Source: a virus
Lineage: Duplodnaviria > Caudoviricetes
Strand: one strand, 5' to 3'
IMG/VR virus record: IMGVR_UViG_3300001335_000125
Location: 9,891-73,890 of that record
Length of the DNA stretch: 64,000 nt
Notes under the pieces: model-generated
What the model was told of the DNA's origin: nothing
Database searches by the model: none
What the model saw: only the letters and a program-made list of their open reading frames with translations
Shown: piece after piece, positions 39,801-48,622 of the stretch
How the letters are laid out: every line of letters begins with the position of its first letter
Position numbering within the stretch: position 1 is the first letter of the stretch
Translations under genes and position numbers: made by a program

Positions 39801-40039
39801 TCCGTTGTTGAAGTTTCTGCCCATGTTAATTTATCTGTAGAGTCTTTATACTGTAAAAAGTATCCATCACTTGGTGAATTGGATATCTTAAGTTGATATT
39901 CTTGGAGAGAGTTTCCGGAAATGGTACTAGATGGTAAATATCCACCTGCTCCACTTGCACCTATAACTTGATCCGCATCTACCATCCCAACAAAACCATC
40001 ACTTTTAGGAGAAATCTTAGATATTAGTTCTATAGGCAT
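36862..40039 (-). pseudogene. long tail-fibre-like gene split over three frames (40039-39368, 39368-~39110, ~39110-36862)
   Basis: the middle frame encodes TSSLGNSLSDSVTSHIGDSSIHF...YISASTGVFALATHSH, a repeat of the upstream YISTSTGVFALSTHSH; repeat 2 is 10 nt shorter than repeat 1; NPH fibre motifs. Confidence 0.7.
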
Positions 40040-40704
40040 AAGTCATTACCTCCATTCTTTTGGTATTTGTAAATGTCAGTAAGATGTTGGAATATCTCTT
40101 CTAATGAGTGTGTATATTTTAATCTATTACACTTGTCACAACAAGGAATACAGTTCTCTTTAATATATCCAATTTCATTATTCAATCTATCAATTCCAGT
40201 ATATTTATTACCATTTGTATATTTGCCACATATATAACACGGTTTAGAAGTTATATTATCAAATTCTTTTATTGTTAATCTAAATTCTTTTCCCCTTTTT
40301 TTGGCACTGGACTTGCAATGACTATACCTAAATGATAAATCAAACTCAATATTATCATATTTATTATGATAATTCTGGGATGCAATTTCATTACAGCACT
40401 CTTTACACTCTGTACACAATCCATCATGTTTTGATTTATTTTTATAAAACTTATCCAACGATAAAATCCGTCCACATCTCCAACACTTTCTTTTAGTTCT
40501 GTCTTTATTATATGTTGTAGTTACTTCTTTTAGACATCCACAACTTTTTGTACGCCCCATTGTTAGACTGCATAATCTAACTGTAATTATATTTCCACAA
40601 TCACAAATACAATCAAATGCTCTACGGTTAAACTTATCATAATTTTCCTTTAATATAGTCAATTTACCAAACCTATCCCCTTTATTAACTATTAATTTAT
40701 TCAT
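40030..40704 (-). CDS. HNH homing endonuclease
   Basis: FGKLT..CICDCGN..SCGC; CYICG..GIDRLNNEIGYIKENCIPCCDKCN. Confidence 0.85.
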   Translation of the reverse strand: MNKLIVNKGDRFGKLTILKENYDKFNRRAFDCICDCGNIITVRLCSLTMGRTKSCGCLKEVTTTYNKDRTKRKCWRCGRILSLDKFYKNKSKHDGLCTECKECCNEIASQNYHNKYDNIEFDLSFRYSHCKSSAKKRGKEFRLTIKEFDNITSKPCYICGKYTNGNKYTGIDRLNNEIGYIKENCIPCCDKCNRLKYTHSLEEIFQHLTDIYKYQKNGGNDLCL

Positions 40705-41990
40705 GTTGTAGTCACCACCGTAGAACCCAGATTAGAGTTCTCACTACGCCATACATAATAATCTTCACTAAATCCATTAGCATTAGTTACAGATACTGTT
40801 TCTGGAGATTCAAAGCCCCCCTCAAAGCCTCCAACCCAAAACGTAACCGTTCCTAATCTAACAGGAAATGCAAATAACATATATTCCCCAGCACCCGTTG
40901 TGATAGCACTCCATGTTTGTGTATTATCATTAGTTATAGTTGAAGTTGATAATCCCTCTACATCAGCCTCCGAGAAACTGGATGTTGTAGTTGTCTTTCC
41001 ATAATATAAATAGTTTCTAAGACTTACATCAGTTCTGAATGTATAATTTCCTAGGTTTGCTATTGTAGATGCAAATACTTTATAATTTTCTGTAAATCCT
41101 GCAGAGTTTGTTAAAGAAACTGTTTCTGGAGCATTCATTGCAACAACAAAACCATTAAAATCAAAGTCACAGTCTCCATCATCTTCATAATCATTACCAT
41201 AATCAAGTGTTGTATAGGATGCTGGATATGCAAAAACTAGATACTCTCCAGCACCAACATTTATAGAACCCCAACTTTGAGTAGTATCATTAGATATGGT
41301 GCTTCCAGCAAGTGATTCAACATCCGCCTCTGAGAAACTTGAACCTTTATTTAATTTACCATAATAGATATAATTTCTGAAATAGATGGATGTTTCTGTA
41401 GTTGAATCTGTATCGGTAGCACAATTAGCACTTAATCTAAATCTAAGATATTGGTCTTTAGATGCAGGATAGTTGATATCTCCTTCATCGTTAGTACCAG
41501 TTGTATAGGTAGATGCAGTCATAGAACCAACTTTTGAGTATGCACCACCATTATTAGACATCTGTACCCAAGCACCATCTGGTGGACCATTATTATAAGT
41601 TGCAGAGAATGTTATTGTACTATCAGACTTCCATACTCCAGTACCTATTAATTGAGTTGTAGATTCTCCATCACTAAAAGATTCTATGGAAAATTCAAAT
41701 GTAGTGTTATATGCTGCTGGTACCCAATTAGATCCATTCCATTTTAATACCTCATCTCTTGCTGGAGTATCGGATACGGTATCAACATCATTAAGTTTAT
41801 TTATAGATGCTGTAGTAGATATATAAATATTATTAAGCCAATTAGTTAATTGTGAAGAAGGAAAATGGATATTTTTATTTGATGAATGAGAAAAATAGTT
41901 GCCACTTACCCATTCTATAGTATTAGCCATATTAGTGAATTCTGTAGCATCTATCAAGTCATTAGGTAATTTTGAATCTTGCCATGACAT
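40701..41990 (-). CDS. fibre/spike-like virion protein with a duplicated C-terminal domain
   Basis: LNDVDT..DEVLKWNGSNWVP; RNY(I/L)YYGK..FSEADVE..GAGEY.(V/L)FA.P twice. Confidence 0.65.
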   Translation of the reverse strand: MSWQDSKLPNDLIDATEFTNMANTIEWVSGNYFSHSSNKNIHFPSSQLTNWLNNIYISTTASINKLNDVDTVSDTPARDEVLKWNGSNWVPAAYNTTFEFSIESFSDGESTTQLIGTGVWKSDSTITFSATYNNGPPDGAWVQMSNNGGAYSKVGSMTASTYTTGTNDEGDINYPASKDQYLRFRLSANCATDTDSTTETSIYFRNYIYYGKLNKGSSFSEADVESLAGSTISNDTTQSWGSINVGAGEYLVFAYPASYTTLDYGNDYEDDGDCDFDFNGFVVAMNAPETVSLTNSAGFTENYKVFASTIANLGNYTFRTDVSLRNYLYYGKTTTTSSFSEADVEGLSTSTITNDNTQTWSAITTGAGEYMLFAFPVRLGTVTFWVGGFEGGFESPETVSVTNANGFSEDYYVWRSENSNLGSTVVTTT

Positions 41991-42112
41991 CTTTATAGTC
42001 CTTATATTAATTACTTATAATTATTTAAAATACATTTAACGAAAAGATATTATAATACATTTCCAAGAGTTTATTGAAATAAAAACTGTAACGTCTATTC
42101 ATTAGATTTGTA

Positions 42113-42724
42113 TTATATTATCTCCGAATCTCCAGTCTCTTTAATATTTAAAAGAAACTTTGAGTTTCTACCGGATATCGTTTCTTGATACCCGATTATG
42201 TAGTCGATCCATCGTTTCTCACGAGAAGATCTATTAGATGTTATACGATTTCTCTGTAGATGTCCTTTACATACTGGACATAATCCATTGGAGGTTTGTT
42301 CAAAGTCATACTTCTTATCGCATCTATTACAATAGAAGTAGTCATGAGATTTACAATTTGGGCATATTGGAGATGGATATTGTGAATGAAATTCCATAGA
42401 TGAGTTATACTGAAATTCTGTGTTACAATCTTTACAGAAATGAAATTCTTCTGTTTGAATGAAGTTCTGACGATAATAGATTAGTCTTCTATCATCTATG
42501 AGATTAAGTGTGAAGGTTGGAAGAAAAGATACTGATTTAACATGTATCTTATCTTTATTAATTTCTTTCTCCTCTTCATATGTGAAGGGAGTTAATACAA
42601 ATTTTATTAATTTATCTTGATTAATTTTATTAAATGAATTTGGTTGTCCTTGAGTATATTGATGAAGTTCAGTTCCATCATTATAATAGCAAATCCATTT
42701 ATATACTATAGGTCTTATATTCAT
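42113..42724 (-). CDS. hypothetical protein with double zinc ribbon
   Basis: CKDC..CPNC..CNRC..CPVC. Confidence 0.6.
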   Translation of the reverse strand: MNIRPIVYKWICYYNDGTELHQYTQGQPNSFNKINQDKLIKFVLTPFTYEEEKEINKDKIHVKSVSFLPTFTLNLIDDRRLIYYRQNFIQTEEFHFCKDCNTEFQYNSSMEFHSQYPSPICPNCKSHDYFYCNRCDKKYDFEQTSNGLCPVCKGHLQRNRITSNRSSREKRWIDYIIGYQETISGRNSKFLLNIKETGDSEII

Positions 42725-42799
42725 AGAAATCTCCTAATGGGATGTTTACATCACTGTATCGTCCATTTTATTGGATAGATACTCCAGAAAGTTTCACAT

Positions 42800-43759
42800 T
42801 TAGAAATTAACAATCCTATTACATAAATCTTCATCTGACATTTGTTTCATATCCGATTCCCATATAACAAGAGTCTTAAATCCATATTTTCCATAGTGAT
42901 CTGATTTTGTCTTAATATCTTCCTCTTTATGCCAATAGTTACCAAACAACTCAATTAGTTTCTTTTCTCCATTACAATTTACAAAATCTGGGTTCTTTCC
43001 ATCTATCCAAAACTTAAAATCACCAGTATACTTGTATGGAAGATTATATTTCTTACATATATCAATTACCCGTTGTTCTATACTCGTTGGATTATTTGAA
43101 TTTGAAACTATTGAACTAAAGAACTTATCTTTTGATACTTTCATCCATTCCCAAGGTTTCATTCCTTTATTCCACCCAGCAATTAGACAAGTATTTTCGT
43201 GAGTTCTGTGGTATTCTCTTGCACCTTCGTTCATTTTTTGTAGGATTATTGAATCATCCTTCATCATTTTTATTCTGGACTCTTTAAGATGTTGTTTGTG
43301 CTTATTTGTAAGTCCGTGAGTTCGATAAGAATGAGGTCGTTTGAGTTTTATATTTCTACACTTATCACCAACAGATAAATCAGTTCTGTCTAGTATTTCT
43401 GCTATTTCTTTGTAATATAATCCTTCGTAGAAAAGAAAAAGTAATGAAGAAAGATTTTCATCTGTCCACATAACATCATTTTTGTGGAGACCTAATCGAT
43501 TTGCTTTGATACATATTGCTTCTTTATCTCTATTTATTTTGGATAGTATGTACTCCCATGGTTTTGTTGAATATACTCTTCTTAGGATTTCTAATTCTTT
43601 GTTAGTCCATTCACATCCTTTAGATAGATTTAATTTATTTGCCTTTATATAAATTGAGTATTCTGTCCTATTTAATAGAGCTGATATCTCATTTATTGGA
43701 AGAATTTGATAGTTTTCTTTTAGTGTTTCTACTTCCTCATCAGACCACAATTTACTCAT
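42800..43759 (-). CDS. homing endonuclease-like protein: Myb-like repeats plus a Vsr/DUF559-like nuclease
   Basis: WSDEE/WTNKE/WTDEN repeats; PTSIE..PDF..IELFGNYWH..GFKTLVIWE. Confidence 0.75.
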   Translation of the reverse strand: MSKLWSDEEVETLKENYQILPINEISALLNRTEYSIYIKANKLNLSKGCEWTNKELEILRRVYSTKPWEYILSKINRDKEAICIKANRLGLHKNDVMWTDENLSSLLFLFYEGLYYKEIAEILDRTDLSVGDKCRNIKLKRPHSYRTHGLTNKHKQHLKESRIKMMKDDSIILQKMNEGAREYHRTHENTCLIAGWNKGMKPWEWMKVSKDKFFSSIVSNSNNPTSIEQRVIDICKKYNLPYKYTGDFKFWIDGKNPDFVNCNGEKKLIELFGNYWHKEEDIKTKSDHYGKYGFKTLVIWESDMKQMSDEDLCNRIVNF

Positions 43760-43765
43760 ATAAAA

Positions 43766-44452
43766 TTATGCCTCCGAAAATGTCCATGTTGCAGTTTTAT
43801 CTTCTTTATTTCCCGCAGTAGCTCCACTACCAACTAACACTTGAGTTACTATACAATAGGTTCTTCCAGTTGTTGCACCTAATGCTTGACCAGATTGTAC
43901 CATATATGCATTTTCTAGACTATCAAAGTGTGTTATAGATACCATACCACCTGATGCTGGACTTGCTGCTCCAAGATAGAAAGCATGACCATTTGTTGCT
44001 GTAGAAATTCTATATCCACAAACACCCTCTGTACCTTCTGCTAAATCATAATTTCCTGAAGGAAATCCTTGTGTTAATATTTTTGCATTTGCAACAGTTG
44101 CAGATGATATTCCTATATAGAGTCCAGGACCGATACCTGCTCCTGCCCATCCTGCTCCTGCTAGAGACCAGTCTGAATTAGGACTAGTTGTCCATGTTTG
44201 ATAATACTTAACATCTTTGATATATGTATCTGGTGCAACGGTACAATTAAGACAATGAGTTACCCAATAAGAGCCACTAATACCATTTCCTACCGTTGGT
44301 ATTGGAATAGGATATGTAGTTAATGAACTGTCATATTGATCTGATGTCATATATCGAGTACCAGATTTACTTGCTACTGCATTAGAATCTCTAGTGTGAA
44401 ATGTCCCTGGTTCTGCTCCAGTAAGTTGTTCGATTACTATTGTTGCAACCAA
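43766..44452 (-). CDS. hypothetical virion protein
   Basis: TTG start with AGGTGA RBS; G/A/T/S-rich. Confidence 0.6.
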   Translation of the reverse strand: MVATIVIEQLTGAEPGTFHTRDSNAVASKSGTRYMTSDQYDSSLTTYPIPIPTVGNGISGSYWVTHCLNCTVAPDTYIKDVKYYQTWTTSPNSDWSLAGAGWAGAGIGPGLYIGISSATVANAKILTQGFPSGNYDLAEGTEGVCGYRISTATNGHAFYLGAASPASGGMVSITHFDSLENAYMVQSGQALGATTGRTYCIVTQVLVGSGATAGNKEDKTATWTFSEA

Positions 44453-44494
44453 TTATAATTCACCTATCCCTAAAATATAACATAAATACATACA

Positions 44495-44695
44495 TTAATG
44501 TCTACGTCTTGCTTTTGCTTTACGTTCTGCGTCTTTGTGTGCTTTTGCTTCTTGTTCCAATTTATGTATTATCATCCGTTCCATAAAAGATATACCTTCT
44601 CGGTTTCTTCTACGGGCGTATCCTAATTCATCTGGTGTACAAGATAGTAATTTACACACTTCGAACTCTAGATATCCTAATCCCGACTCAACGAA
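44495..44695 (-). CDS. frameshift extension (T part) of the tail assembly chaperone
   Basis: +1-frame ORF FVESGLGYLEFEVCKLLSCTPDELG...KARRRH begins inside TCC TTT CGT TGA. Confidence 0.65.
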   Translation of the reverse strand, partial: FVESGLGYLEFEVCKLLSCTPDELGYARRRNREGISFMERMIIHKLEQEAKAHKDAERKAKARRRH

Positions 44696-45161
44696 AGGAT
44701 TTTAAGTCTTCTTCAGGAACTTTATTACCAGATTGGAAAGATAATATAAGTTCTGATATGAAGTTTTGTAATGTTTCGAATGAGACTTTAGACTTCCAGA
44801 ATTCTTCATCTAGATGTTTATCAACAGACAATTCAGCAGCAATCTTATTTAAATCACCATATACTTCTAGAAGTCTTTTATTAGACTCCTCAGCATTGGA
44901 TGATTCGAGATTACTTGCTTCAATAGACAGTTTTAGAATCTTCAGAAACTCCTCCTGATTCGGCTTTTTAGCTAGAACTGCTCTCCTTGTATCAGGGGAG
45001 GTGTTAAAAGAAACTTTAAGGAAATCTTCATTAAAGTCTCTTTCTAGAAGCTCTCGAGTAGCTATTTGACGAGCAAAGTCCTCGTCTTTCTTAGACTTAC
45101 CATCATCAATCTTCTTTCTGAGGTTATCCATTTTTTCTTTTGGGGTTTTCTCTTCGGCCAT
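44688..45161 (-). CDS. tail assembly chaperone (G-like)
   Basis: directly follows the tail tube genes; ends KSFR* on a shifty site. Confidence 0.7.
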   Translation of the reverse strand: MAEEKTPKEKMDNLRKKIDDGKSKKDEDFARQIATRELLERDFNEDFLKVSFNTSPDTRRAVLAKKPNQEEFLKILKLSIEASNLESSNAEESNKRLLEVYGDLNKIAAELSVDKHLDEEFWKSKVSFETLQNFISELILSFQSGNKVPEEDLKSFR

Positions 45162-45195
45162 TTTTTAACACCTCAATATTACATTATATTTTTAT

Positions 45196-45654
45196 TTAAC
45201 AGTTTGATATATACTTTCCACCATGAGATCCATCACCATCTGTAATGGTTATCTGATATGGAGTCATCACAGAATAATCAACACTACCTTCAGTAATTGT
45301 ATCTGCATCACCAATGGATATATCAAATCCAGTGACAGCACAAGATACTAAATAGAAATGTAGTGAATTTGAACCACAGCTACCAGAAATTCTTACACGA
45401 TTACCATTAATTAATGCACCAATCAGGTAGTTACTACCATCTATTTTACAGTGGGTTAAGGATCCTTCTGCTGAAACTGACCCGCCGACTCGATAGTTTC
45501 CAGTCTCTCCAACTAATTCCTGTTCAACTACACCCTTATCGAATGTAAGACTGAAATCAGAAATAGCAAAGACACTATCCTCTACTGCAGTCGTTCCTGA
45601 GTATATAAAGATTGCTGCATCTTTACCTGTATAGGTTGTTGGTGTTCCTGCCAT
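45196..45654 (-). CDS. tail tube protein, paralog 2
   Basis: ISDFSLTFDKGVVEQELVGE..EGS, DADTITE. Confidence 0.7.
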   Translation of the reverse strand: MAGTPTTYTGKDAAIFIYSGTTAVEDSVFAISDFSLTFDKGVVEQELVGETGNYRVGGSVSAEGSLTHCKIDGSNYLIGALINGNRVRISGSCGSNSLHFYLVSCAVTGFDISIGDADTITEGSVDYSVMTPYQITITDGDGSHGGKYISNC

Positions 45655-45668
45655 ATTTTCTTACCTCC

Positions 45669-46136
45669 TTAATCCTCCATATGACCAGTGTCTAAAGTAA
45701 TGGTGACTTGACTTGGATGCATAACAACCCAATCAATGGATGCTTCTGTGATTGTATCTGCATCTCCGAGTGATATATCATATCCTGTAATTGCACAAGA
45801 TCTAAAGTACCAACTTATTCCCGTTTCAGAGTTTCCGGTATTTCCTGAGATAGTTATATATTTATATGAATCTCCACCAAACATATTGTCTAATGCTTCA
45901 TCTGCTCCAGATGCTGCAAATTTACAACATGTATAAGAGCCTTCTACTGATAGACTACCAAATGTAAAGTAGTTACCAATTTCTCCAACAAGCTCTTGTT
46001 CAACAACCCCTTTATCGAATGTGATACTAAAATCAGATATTCCATAAAGTGAGTGAGTTGACATAGTTCCTGTTGCAGCTCCTGCAGCATGAGATTTTAT
46101 TGCAATGTCTGCACTTGAACCTGTTACTGTTGCCAT
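45669..46136 (-). CDS. tail tube protein, paralog 1
   Basis: ISDFSITFDKGVVEQELVGE..EGS, DADTITE; follows the tail terminator gene. Confidence 0.7.
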   Translation of the reverse strand: MATVTGSSADIAIKSHAAGAATGTMSTHSLYGISDFSITFDKGVVEQELVGEIGNYFTFGSLSVEGSYTCCKFAASGADEALDNMFGGDSYKYITISGNTGNSETGISWYFRSCAITGYDISLGDADTITEASIDWVVMHPSQVTITLDTGHMED

Positions 46137-46172
46137 ATTATTATCACCAAATTTTTAACACATTTACATACA

Positions 46173-46586
46173 TTAATCATCGGAAATATGCCGATAATTC
46201 CAAACCTGTGTTTTATTATAACACTCTAAATCAGTTAGATAGTTATCATTATCACTTATCTTTCGATACCATCCATTATATATAAGTGCTTTATCAATTA
46301 TATCTCCTATTTTTTGGGATGATAACATTGTCCATCTATGAAATATATCTATCTGTATACTTGTTTCTTCCTGTCTTATACGTGAACCCGCTACAGATGT
46401 TCCATATCCAAGAAATCCCCACGAATTGCCTCCACCTTGATGAATTGTTATAGATGGTGTATAGAGGGTGTCTGTTTCGTATCCAACACGAATATATGAT
46501 GCAGGTACATAAGATAGTAAGTCACTGTCATTTGTTAAAAGATGACGAGTTGAGGAATATGCTACATAACTCATATTTTTGACCAT
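46173..46586 (-). CDS. tail terminator/completion protein
   Basis: position; PSITI..SIQIDIF pattern. Confidence 0.6.
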   Translation of the reverse strand: MVKNMSYVAYSSTRHLLTNDSDLLSYVPASYIRVGYETDTLYTPSITIHQGGGNSWGFLGYGTSVAGSRIRQEETSIQIDIFHRWTMLSSQKIGDIIDKALIYNGWYRKISDNDNYLTDLECYNKTQVWNYRHISDD

Positions 46587-47071
46587 CCTTTAAGATAAGC
46601 ATCTTTATATAGTTCTCTTAGAGTCTTTTTTATATAATTATTCTGTATAGACTCCGATACAAAATGTTTTGGATGTTGACCACGAACACTCATTGCTGTC
46701 ATATCAAATCCTGCATATTTAAATTTTAAGACCGATGCATATTTAGGTTCTATTGGTGTTGCTTCTAGAGTACCATATTCAACTGCTTGTGCATGAGGAG
46801 AAAAGTTATAAAGGGTCTTCACTAGTATATTACTATCTCCTACTACCGGATTATCTTTGTCCCAATTGTTAAAGATACTATCATTAGGTCTATCTTCACT
46901 AACTCCATATAGCTTTGCCTTTAATACTACATCGGCCAATTTAATAAACTCTTCTGCTGACTTATCTAATGCAATTGAAACATGTGGAGTCATAGTAGAA
47001 TTTATTCTTCGTATCTTTTTCATTACTTTATTAAGAGAAGATTTATCTAAAGAGTACTCTAAAGAAATCAT
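46571..47071 (-). CDS. neck protein (HK97 gp10-like)
   Basis: HAQAVEYGT..VRGQHPKHF. Confidence 0.7.
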   Translation of the reverse strand: MISLEYSLDKSSLNKVMKKIRRINSTMTPHVSIALDKSAEEFIKLADVVLKAKLYGVSEDRPNDSIFNNWDKDNPVVGDSNILVKTLYNFSPHAQAVEYGTLEATPIEPKYASVLKFKYAGFDMTAMSVRGQHPKHFVSESIQNNYIKKTLRELYKDAYLKGWSKI

Positions 47072-47072
47072 T

Positions 47073-47390
47073 CTATAACTCCTTTACTAAACACTCTATA
47101 TGATGTCCTGATGAATCATAATATCTTTGTCTTACTAGGTAGTATGTTGAACCATATTTAATCCTACTTCCTAGAGTTATTGCTGCTCCAGACTTAACAA
47201 AAACACGATATAATATATCTTGATAGTCTCCACCAAGTTCTCTCTTTTCCTCAAGGGTTATTGGATCAAATCTACAAGGAGTTTCTGTAGATGAATATGA
47301 CCACGTTTCTTTAGTTTCTCCAAACTCATTTGTTATTTCAGTTGCAGTACCTATATAGCAGGTGTGAATTAATAAACTATCATAACTCAT
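47073..47390 (-). CDS. head-closure protein
   Basis: NEFGE..W..TPCRF..ITLGSRI..YLV pattern; position. Confidence 0.65.
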   Translation of the reverse strand: MSYDSLLIHTCYIGTATEITNEFGETKETWSYSSTETPCRFDPITLEEKRELGGDYQDILYRVFVKSGAAITLGSRIKYGSTYYLVRQRYYDSSGHHIECLVKEL

Positions 47391-47396
47391 AATTTA

Positions 47397-47636
47397 TCAC
47401 ATACCATGTATTTGTTTGTGACATGATTCACATAAAGTTATAAGATTGTTAGTATTGTGAGAGCCACCGCGACCAACTGGAATTATATGATGACAATGTG
47501 GATGAGTTAAATGAGTTCTGCCACACATTTGGCATGTATAGTTATCTCTCTTAAACACATACCAACGAATTCTATTCCAATTCTTTGGGTATCTCTCATC
47601 TTCAAATCCGTCTGGTCTTCTTGGTCTTCTATACAT
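47397..47636 (-). CDS. small HNH endonuclease
   Basis: RDNYTCQMCG..CHHIIP..GG..NLITLCESCHKQIH. Confidence 0.85.
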   Translation of the reverse strand: MYRRPRRPDGFEDERYPKNWNRIRWYVFKRDNYTCQMCGRTHLTHPHCHHIIPVGRGGSHNTNNLITLCESCHKQIHGM

Positions 47637-47638
47637 AA

Positions 47639-48061
47639 CTAGTCATTCGCTTTTCGGACAATATATTCCGAAGGTGATTGCATTTTCTCTAACATTTCAA
47701 TAGCCATCCGATGCCATGTCTTAGTTATGATAAAGGGAGAAGATTGAATATCAAGTCCTCTTGAGATTGGTTCTGCTAACGTATAGCTATATGAACCTAA
47801 TTTTTCTGAACTAAGAGTATAATATTTTCTGGCTAGTGTTGGAGTACATATAAGATTGGAAATAACAAGAAGGAGAACCGGTATCTTAGCAGTTGCTGGA
47901 ACAGATCCTCCATCAAAGTACCTATACTTAAGATACGTTTCAACAGACTCTATTTTTAACAGGATCTCTTGTTTGGTAACGTCGTCATATTCTAATGGTG
48001 GTGTAACAAATGTACGAATATCATTTTCTGTTAAACCAGTTAATGGTGTATAGTCAGCCAT
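47639..48061 (-). CDS. head-tail adaptor/connector protein
   Basis: position after the MCP; SEKLGSYSYT motif. Confidence 0.65.
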   Translation of the reverse strand: MADYTPLTGLTENDIRTFVTPPLEYDDVTKQEILLKIESVETYLKYRYFDGGSVPATAKIPVLLLVISNLICTPTLARKYYTLSSEKLGSYSYTLAEPISRGLDIQSSPFIITKTWHRMAIEMLEKMQSPSEYIVRKAND

Positions 48062-48062
48062 A

Positions 48063-48317
48063 TTAGTCTCCTATTCGATTATCATAATCCCTAACATCTA
48101 ACCTCTTCTTTGGACGAACAGTAGTATTAATAGGATATGGATATTGTTTTATCTCAAAGTTATCGTTGTCGGTGTCTCCGCCACCAATATCTATTGAGTC
48201 ACAATCATATCTACTAATATCATCCGATGTATATTTTGTTCTATCTTCTCTTATCTTATTTCTCTTATCTTGAAATGTCTTTGTCATCCACTCTTCATCG
48301 CCGAGTCCTGTTAACAT
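48063..48317 (-). CDS. hypothetical protein
   Basis: operonic ORF. Confidence 0.45.
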   Translation of the reverse strand: MLTGLGDEEWMTKTFQDKRNKIREDRTKYTSDDISRYDCDSIDIGGGDTDNDNFEIKQYPYPINTTVRPKKRLDVRDYDNRIGD

Positions 48318-48325
48318 AAATCTAC

Positions 48326-48571
48326 CTACAACACTTCTCTAAATAAAGGTATATAATAGGATGTTCCACCATTATCATTTACTTTCCACCATGCTATTGC
48401 ACTTGGTGCTGGTAAGAATTTTTGTTCACATGATAATGCTCCACCAGAAACTCCTGTCCAAGATGCTACGTCAAAGTTTGTAGCATCATCATCAATGTAT
48501 AATCCTCTTCCACCAGATTCAAACCTCAATTTCTCAACTGAGACAACTGGTATTCTTGTTCCTTGTGCCAT
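48326..48571 (-). CDS. hypothetical virion protein
   Basis: operonic ORF with GGAG RBS. Confidence 0.5.
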   Translation of the reverse strand: MAQGTRIPVVSVEKLRFESGGRGLYIDDDATNFDVASWTGVSGGALSCEQKFLPAPSAIAWWKVNDNGGTSYYIPLFREVL

Positions 48572-48622
48572 ATTCTAATTCTCCTTTTACGGAACACATT
48601 AATAAAAAAAATAAAAATGGCC

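Noticed and set aside
36862-41990. Abundant N-x-S/T sequons in fibre proteins as proof of N-glycosylation
   Set aside because: They are expected by chance in N/S/T-rich proteins, and cytoplasmically assembled virions would not meet the membrane-external oligosaccharyltransferase.
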